Assembly: GCA_049970495.1 (NCBI GenBank)
Contig: JBMFMV010000050.1
Coordinates: 1 to 14,521 of the forward strand
From: a bacterium
Lineage (GTDB): Bacteria; DUMJ01
Direction of reading: 5' to 3'
DNA: 14,521 bases
The notes below the pieces were generated by a model. It was given only the letters and a program-made list of their open reading frames with translations. It made no database searches and was not told the origin of the DNA. Shown piece after piece: positions 1 to 8,335 of this stretch (position 1 is its first letter; each line of letters begins with the position of its first letter). Both the position numbers and the translations under genes were made by a program.

Positions 1-1
1 C

Positions 2-841
2 TGTGAAGATCTTTGGAGGCATCATCTCTGCTCCCCCTTTATCTCCAAGCAGTGTGCAGTAAGTTGTATCCTTCTCTATATTACTTGCCCAGCTCATCTC
101 TACAAAAATAGTAGCTCCATTTTCAAGACCAACAATAGCACAACCTAGGTCTTCTACATCAAACTTTCCACCAGGTTCAGGGATACCCCATCCACCCTTT
201 CTCTTACCGAAGGGGCCAAATTTGGCATACGTATAACCCTTTACTGAGACGGGCTTGGGATGATTCATAAACCACATAGCTAGGTCTAAAAAATGAGGTG
301 CTAGGTCAATTAATGGTCCTCCACCAGATTTTTCTTTATTAGTAAACCAACTACCCATCCCAGGTATACCAGAAAGTCTCAAGATTCCTACCTTGGCATA
401 GTATATATCGCCAAGATAACCTTGCTTTATAAATTCCTTTATGGTTTTAGCCTCATCAGAAAATCTCCAGCAGAGAGCTACCATAAGGGTCTTCTTAGTA
501 GCCTTTGCAGCATCGACCATCTTCTGTGCCTCTTTGGCATTTATAGCCATCGGCTTCTCACATAGAACATTAACACCAGCATTAAGGGCATCTACAGTCA
601 TAGGAGAATGTAAGTAGTTAGGAGTACATATACTTACAGCGGTAAGGTTCTCCTTTTCCAACATCTCTTTATAATCAGTATAATATCTAGGGATACCGAA
701 ACTCTCTGCAACCTGTTTTGCCCTTTCTTCAACTATATCCGTTACTGCAACTACCTTTACTTCTGGTATTGCCTGATAAGCCTGTAAATGTACTTTACCT
801 ATACTTCCTACACCTATTACACCTACTTTTATCTCTCCCAT
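2..841 (-). CDS. Gfo/Idh/MocA-family NAD(P)-dependent oxidoreductase (3' end runs off the window)
   Basis: Not in the ORF track; translated by hand from ATG at 841: MGEIKVGVIGVGSIGKVH (Rossmann GxGxxG)...SICTPNYLH...VLCEKPMA (EKP motif)...GGGPLIDLAPHFLD. The frame stays open to the window edge. The SD AGGAGG overlaps the upstream gene's TAG stop. Confidence 0.93.
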   Translation of the reverse strand, partial: MGEIKVGVIGVGSIGKVHLQAYQAIPEVKVVAVTDIVEERAKQVAESFGIPRYYTDYKEMLEKENLTAVSICTPNYLHSPMTVDALNAGVNVLCEKPMAINAKEAQKMVDAAKATKKTLMVALCWRFSDEAKTIKEFIKQGYLGDIYYAKVGILRLSGIPGMGSWFTNKEKSGGGPLIDLAPHFLDLAMWFMNHPKPVSVKGYTYAKFGPFGKRKGGWGIPEPGGKFDVEDLGCAIVGLENGATIFVEMSWASNIEKDTTYCTLLGDKGGAEMMPPKIFT

Positions 842-850
842 ATTTCCCTC

Positions 851-1765
851 CTATAATTCCGCCCAAGCTTCTAGAAGAGTTCTCTTAGCATTTGCTATTA
901 CTGCCTTTGGATTTTCTCCAGGCAAAGGTTTTACCTCGAAACTTACAATAGGCTTATCCTGAGAATCAAAGAAGCCAATATCAAAGAGAGCCCTCAAAAA
1001 CTCTCTTACCTCTTTTACCCCATTTTCTCCACCCTTTATACCAAACCTAGGATGTTGATCTCCATATCCAGGAAGAGATTTATCCTTTATTATGCAATTT
1101 CCTAGATGGACATGGGTTACATAGCCTGCGGTGGTATATACTGCGTCTCTTATAGATTCATACTGCTGAGGGAAATGGCTTAAATCGATTAGAAGTCCAA
1201 AATTGTCTTTTCGCTCTCTTTTTATTCTCTGTGCTATCTCTCTAGCTACTATAGAAGGTCCTACAAGGCTATTTTTTTCTACATCAAAGTCAAATACCTC
1301 TAATTCTACTCTTAGATTACCATGAGTTTTGGCATAATCACAAAGTTCACATATAGACTTTACTAGAGCATCCTTTGCTAGCTCTCTCTTCTCTGGACCA
1401 GGATCTTTCCCAGCTAGGAAAGCTACTCCAACAGCACCTATATATTCAGCTTCTTCTATAGACCTCTTCACTTCTTCTACCGCTCTTGTCCTTGTAGCCT
1501 CATCTAAGCTAGATATATCCAAATTCTGTGTAAGGAGTCTAGGTTGAGCTCCATAAGCTACTGTCATACCGCTTGTCTCAATAAGCTTTCTGGCTTCTTC
1601 CCTTATCTTTTCATCTTTAATCCAAGAGATCTCTATCGCAGAGAAGAACTCGTCACTTACTATCTCCTCTATAGTTTCTAATATTGGACCTTCTCCTCTC
1701 ATAGTTTGAGGAAAAGCCATAAAATGTATTATACCTGGCTTGAAATACTTCTGAAACAATTCCAT
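851..1765 (-). CDS. Sugar phosphate isomerase/epimerase, xylose-isomerase-like (AP endonuclease 2) TIM barrel
   Basis: Metal-ligand pattern LEVFD / IDLSH / HVHLGN / DQHP / SFEVKP. Start moved from the track's GTG 1774, which lies inside the SD GGAGGTG, to ATG 1765 (MELFQK..., 304 aa). Confidence 0.85.
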   Translation of the reverse strand: MELFQKYFKPGIIHFMAFPQTMRGEGPILETIEEIVSDEFFSAIEISWIKDEKIREEARKLIETSGMTVAYGAQPRLLTQNLDISSLDEATRTRAVEEVKRSIEEAEYIGAVGVAFLAGKDPGPEKRELAKDALVKSICELCDYAKTHGNLRVELEVFDFDVEKNSLVGPSIVAREIAQRIKRERKDNFGLLIDLSHFPQQYESIRDAVYTTAGYVTHVHLGNCIIKDKSLPGYGDQHPRFGIKGGENGVKEVREFLRALFDIGFFDSQDKPIVSFEVKPLPGENPKAVIANAKRTLLEAWAEL

Positions 1766-1768
1766 ACC

Positions 1769-2287
1769 AAACACCTCCTATTTTGCTTAATACTGAGATA
1801 CTCTTCCTTCAAGAAGGTCTATAGCATATTGAGCAGCATTAACTAAATCACTCTTTGGATATTTATCTATTAACTTTTGATATTCTTTTACTGCCTTTTC
1901 TTTTTCATCCATATGCTCATAGCACTGAGCTATATCAAACTGAGCATCATCTGCCCACTCACTCTTGGGATTCTTCTCTATAAACTTAGTTAATCCTTCT
2001 ATAGCCTTTTCTAACTCACCATCTACAAAAAGTTGTCTAATCTTCTCATACTCTATCTGATCTGGAGCCTTTTTCTCCTTCTTACTCTTATCTTCCTTAG
2101 AGCTAGTTTCAGTAGTAGACTTTGCAGTGGGCTGTGCAATTTGAGTACTACTTCCCGGAGGACTCAGTGATTGTTGTTTTGGGGGACTTTTTATTTGAGT
2201 AATCCATAAAACAAGAGCTATTACCAATAGTATAGCTACAGTGACTATAAATCTAGTAGTTCTACCTGACATAGTAAACACCTCCTA
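1769..2287 (-). repeat. Identical 12-bp direct repeat TAGGAGGTGTTT (1769-1780 and 2276-2287) forming the RBS of two consecutive genes
   Basis: Plus-strand aaacacctccta occurs at both positions, each 3 nt before an ATG. Confidence 0.75.
1787..2272 (-). CDS. Membrane-anchored tetratricopeptide-repeat protein (CpoB/YbgF- or BamD-type TPR)
   Basis: N-terminal basic then hydrophobic helix (RRFIVTVAILLVIALVLWI-like; actual TTRFIVTVAILLVIALVLWI), a P/S/T/K-rich linker, and two repeats 37 aa apart (KFIEKNPKSEWADDAQF / KLIDKYPKSDLVNAAQY). Start moved to ATG 2272 because GTG 2281 lies within the SD. Confidence 0.8.
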   Translation of the reverse strand: MSGRTTRFIVTVAILLVIALVLWITQIKSPPKQQSLSPPGSSTQIAQPTAKSTTETSSKEDKSKKEKKAPDQIEYEKIRQLFVDGELEKAIEGLTKFIEKNPKSEWADDAQFDIAQCYEHMDEKEKAVKEYQKLIDKYPKSDLVNAAQYAIDLLEGRVSQY

Positions 2288-3580
2288 CTCCTTAGATACC
2301 ACTGTAAGTTCTGGGATACAGATATAAGGCGTATATAGACTTCCCTCTATCCATTCTCTTTCACTACTTAGAGCAGCAATATTACTTAAAGCCTTATATG
2401 CATTACCAGCCACCATAGAATCTTTTACTCTTCCTACAACTTCCCCTTTTCTGTATAAGAAACCTAAGTGTATATTTACAGAGAATTCTCCACTAAGTAT
2501 GTTACCCTGCCCTACCCCCATCATCTGGTCTACTACTATAACCTCTTCGAAAGAAGAAATAATATCTTTTATACTACTGTCACCAGGATTTATTATAAGG
2601 TTTGTAAGTCCTGGAGAAGGTTGACTTAAGCCACCCCTAAAACCATGTCCATTTGCCTCTTTTCCTAAAAGAGAAGCGGTGTGTAAGTCGAAATAGAACT
2701 CTCCAACGACCCCTGAGTCTACTAAGGGCAAGGTTTTAGTAGGCATTCCTTCATCATCAAAGGAGGTTTTAGCCAAACCTTCAGAGTTAGCTGGATCATC
2801 TATAAGGGTAAACTTCTTATCAAAAAATAGCTTCCCCACTTTGTCTTGAAGAGGAGAAGCCCCCATAAGCAATATCTTTCCGCTTAGTGCAGAGATAATA
2901 GGGAGAAGAAGCACATAAACTGCCTTCGGGGTAAAGATGACTGGAACTTGAGACTTAGAAGGTTTCACAATATTTTCACTGGCATTTAGAGCATAGAACA
3001 TCTTAGAAACTAATCTATCCGTGTCTATATTATCAAGCCTTTTTACAGTAATCTCTTCATATACATCTAACATATCGGTTCCTTTTATCCTATTTATATG
3101 AACACCTACCCCTAAAGAAACCTTTTTCCTAATACAATTTACTCCACTGGTATTTACCAATAGAGTTTCTCCCTTATCTTTACTAATTTCAACATTACAT
3201 ATAACCTCTGGATAAGAATTAAGAATCTTCTCTACTATGCCCTTGCCTAGGTTTGTCAAATATTCTATTGAGACCCCATCCAAACTCTCATCATAAGATT
3301 CCTCTCTCATTTTTAGGCCCTCTGGTAATTTTAACTTGGTTTCTATATTAGCAGTAGCTTTAGCTTTGTCTAAAAGCCACTCTGGTTCATAGATACCATA
3401 CTGACTGGCATAGCCTATTTTTTTATCCATAACCACCCTAAGACTTACTCCAGAACTTTCACTAGACTCTATGGATTTTAGTTTATTAGCTTCAAATGTG
3501 ACTAAAGTAGATACTCCTCTTCTAGAAAATACATCTCCTTCTATAGACTCATCTTTAAGTTTCCTAATAAGTTCTTCCAT
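2285..3580 (-). CDS. pmbA: TldE/PmbA-family protein (non-catalytic partner of TldD)
   Basis: Contains FDDEG and GNILSGEFS...GRVKDSMVAGN motifs and has no HExxxH. It begins 2 nt after the tldD stop. Confidence 0.85.
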   Translation of the reverse strand: MEELIRKLKDESIEGDVFSRRGVSTLVTFEANKLKSIESSESSGVSLRVVMDKKIGYASQYGIYEPEWLLDKAKATANIETKLKLPEGLKMREESYDESLDGVSIEYLTNLGKGIVEKILNSYPEVICNVEISKDKGETLLVNTSGVNCIRKKVSLGVGVHINRIKGTDMLDVYEEITVKRLDNIDTDRLVSKMFYALNASENIVKPSKSQVPVIFTPKAVYVLLLPIISALSGKILLMGASPLQDKVGKLFFDKKFTLIDDPANSEGLAKTSFDDEGMPTKTLPLVDSGVVGEFYFDLHTASLLGKEANGHGFRGGLSQPSPGLTNLIINPGDSSIKDIISSFEEVIVVDQMMGVGQGNILSGEFSVNIHLGFLYRKGEVVGRVKDSMVAGNAYKALSNIAALSSEREWIEGSLYTPYICIPELTVVSKE

Positions 3581-3582
3581 TT

Positions 3583-4959
3583 TTATCTTCCCCCTATTAC
3601 AACATTTCTGATCCTAATGTGAGGGCTCCCGGTAGAAACAGGAAGAGGAGACTGCCCTCCTTTTCCACATCCACCTCCCTGGCTAAATTTCAAGTCGTTC
3701 CCTACACCCTCTATATTCTGAAGTGTAATAAATACATTACCAGTTAATACTACATCTCTCACCATATCTCCAATTTTTCCATTTTCAATAATATAGCCTT
3801 CTTGTGCGCTAAAGGTAAACATTTCCATAGAAGTCTGCCCTCCATAGGCTCCTACTGCATATATACCATATTTTATGTCCGATATAAGTTCTTCGAAGGA
3901 ATAATTCCCAGGTTCTATATAAGTATTGCTCATTCTAACTATAGGTTGAAATCTATAATTTATAGCTCTTGCATTACCAGTTATAGGCTCTCCCATCTTT
4001 TTAGCTGTTTCTCTAGAGTGAAGTCTCCCAGAGAGAACTCCATTCCTTATAAGATAGGTCTTCTTGCTCGGTATACCCTCGTCATCATATTTGTAAGAAC
4101 CTCTCAACCCCTGATATGTAGGGTCATCTACAACATTAAGAAAATCAGGACCAAATTTCTTACCGATAACCATAAGTTCTTTTAGTTTTTCATTCTCATA
4201 TACATGATCAGCCTCACTAAGATGTCCAAAAGCTTCATGAATAAAAACTCCTGCAAGCCTCTGATCTAATACTACCGTATACTCTCCACCCTTAACTACT
4301 GGTGCAGACAATAGTTTAACTGCCATTTCTGCTGTATGAAGGGCTTTATCATGAAGCCCCTCTATTATCTGAAAACCTTCTATACCTCCTAAAGAATAGT
4401 GATACTGCTCTACCAAATCACCTTCTTTAGCTAGCGCAACTAAGACTCCGGATAAATCTCCTCTCTCTTGTACTACATCTATCCCTTCTGTATTGATAAA
4501 ATATTTCTTACTGAAACGGTCATTATACCTAACTTGAGTGCTCTGTATCTTAGGACTAAAAGATAGCATAATATTATTATACTCACTTAAGAGTTTTTTC
4601 TTTTCATCTAAAGGAACACCTCTAAAGTCCTTACTCATAGGGATTACTACTTTATCTACTATAGGCACAGAATACTCAATGTCTAACTCTTCTCCCACTA
4701 TAAGATTACTAGCTCTGTATGCCTGTTCAAAATACTCTCTTATACTTTTAGGGTCAATATCATTAAATGATACAAAACCCCAACCGTATCTACCAAGAAT
4801 TCTTATATTTCCCCCTCTAGATTTAGATACTGAAAGTTCTTCCAACTCCTTCCCTCTAAAACTTATACTTGTCACCTCTGATTCTTCTATCCTCAATTCT
4901 CCATATCTTATCCCCTTCTCTTTAGATAACTTAAGGAAAACTTCTTTTATCTCTTCCAA
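3583..4959 (-). CDS. tldD: TldD metalloprotease
   Basis: HEAFGH metal motif, YDDEG, PIVRMSNTY and C-terminal GCGKGGQ..PVSTGSPH. TTG start with SD AGGAGG. Confidence 0.93.
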   Translation of the reverse strand: MEEIKEVFLKLSKEKGIRYGELRIEESEVTSISFRGKELEELSVSKSRGGNIRILGRYGWGFVSFNDIDPKSIREYFEQAYRASNLIVGEELDIEYSVPIVDKVVIPMSKDFRGVPLDEKKKLLSEYNNIMLSFSPKIQSTQVRYNDRFSKKYFINTEGIDVVQERGDLSGVLVALAKEGDLVEQYHYSLGGIEGFQIIEGLHDKALHTAEMAVKLLSAPVVKGGEYTVVLDQRLAGVFIHEAFGHLSEADHVYENEKLKELMVIGKKFGPDFLNVVDDPTYQGLRGSYKYDDEGIPSKKTYLIRNGVLSGRLHSRETAKKMGEPITGNARAINYRFQPIVRMSNTYIEPGNYSFEELISDIKYGIYAVGAYGGQTSMEMFTFSAQEGYIIENGKIGDMVRDVVLTGNVFITLQNIEGVGNDLKFSQGGGCGKGGQSPLPVSTGSPHIRIRNVVIGGR

Positions 4960-4982
4960 CTTAGCCCTCCTAGATTAGGCTT

Positions 4983-5012
4983 ATTATATTAGTTTATCAC
5001 AGTCCCTTTAAA
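4983..5012 (-). promoter_or_regulatory. Putative internal sigma70-type promoter for tldD and downstream genes
   Basis: Perfect TATAAT at 4988-4983 in the 37-bp mutS2-tldD gap. Only a weak -35 (TTTAAA, 5012-5007, 18-bp spacer). Confidence 0.4.
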
Positions 5013-7303
5013 TAAGCTACAGTAACGCCCCAACCACCTTCAAAATATTCTCCCAATCTAAAAGATTCTACCATCGGATGATTCTTAAGGAAGTCTGCAA
5101 CTGCCCTCCTTAAAACCCCCTCACCCTTACCATGGATTATGTAGACAGGAGAGATCCCAGCTAATACCGCATCGTCAATGTATCTTTCTAGCTTATATAA
5201 CGCCTCTTCAACTGTAAGCTGTCTTATATAGAGACGGTTAGAAATATTTTCTGCCTTGATCTTTTTAATCTTCGCTACATTATCGCTAATAAATGACTTC
5301 TTTTCTGTCTCAGATGTATAGATTTCATTCTTAGGAACCTCTATCTTCGCCTTCCCTACAAGCACAGTAACCTTATCTCCATTTACATCTACAACTTCGC
5401 CATTCTGTCTTAAGGACGAGATAAATACTGTCATCCCTATCTGGGGATTTTCTAGCCTATTCCCTTTAACCTCTAAGTCTTCTTGAATAGGTTCTAACTT
5501 TTTCAATTCTTCTTTTATTGAGAGTATCTCTTTTTTATTGGATACAGATTTTGCCTTCTCATATATCTCGTCCAAACGTATCTTTGTCCTAACCACTAAC
5601 TCTCTAGCCTCTTCTCTTGCTCTTCTAATTATAGCTTTTTGCTGTAAAGACATCTCTTCTAATAGCTTTTCATATCTATTTCTTAATTCTTCATATCTAG
5701 TTCTTTCTTCTTTAGCCCTTTCCAACTCTATTCTAAGATCCTTTTCTAGTTGATCTATCTGACTCAAAAGTTTACTAAGGTTTAACTCATCGCTAGAGAG
5801 AAAGCTTTCTGCCCTCTTTATTATAGACTCATCTAATCCTAGTTTCCTTGCTATGACAAACGCATTACTTACTCCTGGCCTACCTATACGAAGCTTATAG
5901 GTTGGAAGAAATGTATCAGGGTCAAATTCCATAGCTCCATTCATAACCCTTTCTGTTTTACTAGCCCACATTTTCAACTCATCATAGTGACTAGCAACTA
6001 TAACTTTTGCCTCTTTATTCCTAAGGGCTTCTAAGATACTAATAGCTAAAGCAGAACCTTCTCTAGGGCTAGTACCAGTGACAGGCTCATCTATTAAAAC
6101 CATAATATCTTTATCTGCTTTCTCTATAAATGGGATAAGATGAGTTAGATGCGCAGAGAAACTACTAAGGTCCTGCACGATATTCTGTTCATCGCCAATC
6201 TCTACAAATACATTTCTAAATATACCCATCTCTGCAAAATCTACCGGAAGATGTAATCCCGATTGTGCCATCATAATAAATAGTCCTACTGTCTTTAAAG
6301 TAACAGTCTTTCCTCCAGTATTTGGACCACTTATTACCAAAATGTCAAAATTTTCTCCTACCTCTACATCTATAGGAATTGCCCTCTTTCCCAAGATAGG
6401 ATGTCTAGCAGATCTAAACTTTACTACTGGCTTATCCACCCATACAGGAGTTATGCAATCCCAAGTCAGAGACAGTCTGGCTTTAGCAAATATAAAGTCT
6501 ATATGGGCTATTATATTTCTACCAGTAAGAAGTTCTTCACTATAAAAGGCAATTTTAGTTGATAGCTCTTTTAAAATTCTCTGAACTTCATACTCTTCTT
6601 CTTTTCTTAGTTCTTGGAGATTGTTATTCATATCTACCACATCGTAAGGCTCTACAAAGATTGTGTTACCGCTTTGAGAAACATCATGAACGATACCCTT
6701 AATAGCCTTCTTATAAGAAGACTTTATGGGAATAACATATCTACTGTTTCTTATTGTTATATAGTCTTCTTGTACAATGTCTTTCCAATTCTTGGCTATA
6801 TGATTCTCTAAGTAAGACCGGATAGATTCTTCCAATTTAGCTATTCCTCTTCTTATAGCCACAAGCTTTGAAGAGGCGTTAGATTTTATATTCCCATCAT
6901 CATCTATAACTCTCCTTATATCCTCTTCTAAAGGGGACAGATTAGGAATCTTATCTGAAATCTCCTTAAAGAATGGATTCCCTTTAACATATCTCTTTAC
7001 TAGAGGTAATCTAGAAATAAACTCTCCTATATTCATTAACTCTAGTGGTTCTAATATAACCCCTAACCGCGCCTTAGAGACTAAGGGGGCTATGTCTATT
7101 AGGCCAAAAAGTGAGGGGGGAGGCTCATAAGAGATCAATTTTTTTGCTTCTTCTGTCTCTATAGAAGCCCTAACTACCTCCTCTTTTACAGAGGATGGCT
7201 TCAAATTGAGAGCTAACTGTTTTCCCATAGAGGTCTCTGTTAGCTCTCCTAGCTTTTCTAAGACAAAATTAAACTCGCACAACCTTAAACTTCTCTCATC
7301 CAT
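4997..7303 (-). CDS. mutS2: MutS2 endonuclease/ATPase (ribosome-rescue and anti-recombination family) with C-terminal Smr domain
   Basis: VHDVSQSGNTIFVEP, Walker A GPNTGGKT, IGDEQ..LSSFSAH, coiled coil, KOW-like segment, and Smr IIHGKGEGVLR...GGWGVT. 768 aa with no mismatch-binding domain. Confidence 0.96.
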   Translation of the reverse strand: MDERSLRLCEFNFVLEKLGELTETSMGKQLALNLKPSSVKEEVVRASIETEEAKKLISYEPPPSLFGLIDIAPLVSKARLGVILEPLELMNIGEFISRLPLVKRYVKGNPFFKEISDKIPNLSPLEEDIRRVIDDDGNIKSNASSKLVAIRRGIAKLEESIRSYLENHIAKNWKDIVQEDYITIRNSRYVIPIKSSYKKAIKGIVHDVSQSGNTIFVEPYDVVDMNNNLQELRKEEEYEVQRILKELSTKIAFYSEELLTGRNIIAHIDFIFAKARLSLTWDCITPVWVDKPVVKFRSARHPILGKRAIPIDVEVGENFDILVISGPNTGGKTVTLKTVGLFIMMAQSGLHLPVDFAEMGIFRNVFVEIGDEQNIVQDLSSFSAHLTHLIPFIEKADKDIMVLIDEPVTGTSPREGSALAISILEALRNKEAKVIVASHYDELKMWASKTERVMNGAMEFDPDTFLPTYKLRIGRPGVSNAFVIARKLGLDESIIKRAESFLSSDELNLSKLLSQIDQLEKDLRIELERAKEERTRYEELRNRYEKLLEEMSLQQKAIIRRAREEARELVVRTKIRLDEIYEKAKSVSNKKEILSIKEELKKLEPIQEDLEVKGNRLENPQIGMTVFISSLRQNGEVVDVNGDKVTVLVGKAKIEVPKNEIYTSETEKKSFISDNVAKIKKIKAENISNRLYIRQLTVEEALYKLERYIDDAVLAGISPVYIIHGKGEGVLRRAVADFLKNHPMVESFRLGEYFEGGWGVTVAYLKGL

Positions 7304-7310
7304 ATTAATT

Positions 7311-7319
7311 ATTGTATCA
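7311..7319 (-). promoter_or_regulatory. Extended -10 promoter (TG-A-TACAAT) for a probable leaderless mutS2 transcript
   Basis: The minus strand reads TGATACAAT-AATTAAT-ATG, so the hexamer ends 7 nt before the start codon. There is no SD-like sequence upstream. Confidence 0.6.
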
Positions 7320-7354
7320 TATTATTGAATAAACTCGTTTTTAAGGAGAGTGTA

Positions 7355-8299
7355 ATGGAGACTTTAATCATAAATCTTAATCCTGCGTTAGACAGGACCG
7401 CTATAGTAGATAAATATAACCCTTACGGTGTTAATAAGGCAAAGGGATTGATAGTATTACCAGGGGGTAAAGGTGCTAATCTAGGAAGAACATTGAAGAT
7501 TCTTGGCTATAGAGATTTTATCTGTTCTGGAATTTTAGGTGGGACAATAGGCACAATTATGAAAAAACTGCTAGACAAAGAAGGTATACCAAATGACTAT
7601 TTCTGGATAAAAGATGAGACAAGGATAGCATATGCCACCTATGAAGAATCAACTGGAATAGGAGCAATTACAAATGAGCAAGGACCAAAGGTTACGGAAG
7701 AAGAAATAAACGGCTTCATAAAGTTTATAACTAGTAAATATATTAATACTGCAAAAACGGTAATTTTATCCGGAGGAGCTCCTCCAAGTTTTCCGCCGGA
7801 AAAGATAAAAGATTTGCTTAGTATCTTCAAGGCCAAAGGGAAAGAGATCTTTATAGATACAAGTGGAGAGATTCTTAAAGACTGTGTCAGTTTAGGTCCG
7901 ACCTGTATAAAGGTAAATGAGAACGAGATTAGAGAAGCCTTTGGAGTAAATCTAGAAGATAAAAGAGCTTTGAGAGAATTCTATCTTTCTCTATCAAAAC
8001 TTGGGACAAAGTGGCTTTTTATCACTAGAGGTGAAAAGGGCGCTATTTTTGTCTCTAGCGATAAGCTAATAATTGGCAAAAATACAAAAATTCATTCACA
8101 CTATGCCATAGGTTCAGGAGATGCATTTTTAGGGGGACTAATATATGGAAAGACTTTGGGGGTTGGTATAATAGACATCTTAAAATTAGCTATGGCATGT
8201 GGAACAGCAAATACGTTGGAATTTGGAGCATGTATTTTTAAGATAGAAGACGTAGAGAGGATCAAGAAGGAGATAATAATAGAAGAATTAACCCTTTAG
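7355..8299 (+). CDS. 1-phosphofructokinase/tagatose-6-phosphate kinase-family hexose kinase (PfkB/ribokinase superfamily)
   Basis: LNPALD, PGGKGAN, ETR, IDTSGE, KVNENE and GSGDAFLGG. Start placed at ATG 7355, after the SD AAGGAG (7343-7348), rather than TTG 7325. Confidence 0.9.
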   Translation: METLIINLNPALDRTAIVDKYNPYGVNKAKGLIVLPGGKGANLGRTLKILGYRDFICSGILGGTIGTIMKKLLDKEGIPNDYFWIKDETRIAYATYEESTGIGAITNEQGPKVTEEEINGFIKFITSKYINTAKTVILSGGAPPSFPPEKIKDLLSIFKAKGKEIFIDTSGEILKDCVSLGPTCIKVNENEIREAFGVNLEDKRALREFYLSLSKLGTKWLFITRGEKGAIFVSSDKLIIGKNTKIHSHYAIGSGDAFLGGLIYGKTLGVGIIDILKLAMACGTANTLEFGACIFKIEDVERIKKEIIIEELTL

Positions 8300-8335
8300 C
8301 TTTTGCTTCCTTTTGTTTATACAGAAAATACCCTA

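Noticed and set aside
2285..4959. TldD/E as part of a RiPP (microcin-like) cluster
   Set aside because: No precursor peptide, YcaO, radical SAM enzyme or exporter in the window.
3802..4978. Plus-strand ORFs 3802-4185 and 4538-4978
   Set aside because: Antisense shadows of tldD with no SD or recognisable motifs.
5538..6811. Plus-strand ORFs 5538-5753, 6342-6545 and 6614-6811
   Set aside because: Fully inside mutS2 on the opposite strand; their composition reflects reverse-complemented codons of mutS2.
7639..7836. Minus-strand 65-aa ORF
   Set aside because: Antisense to the well-supported PfkB kinase.
8311..8328. TTTTGT-TTAT-ACAGAAAA as a bidirectional terminator
   Set aside because: The stem is short, imperfect and almost all A/T, which is too weak to call.
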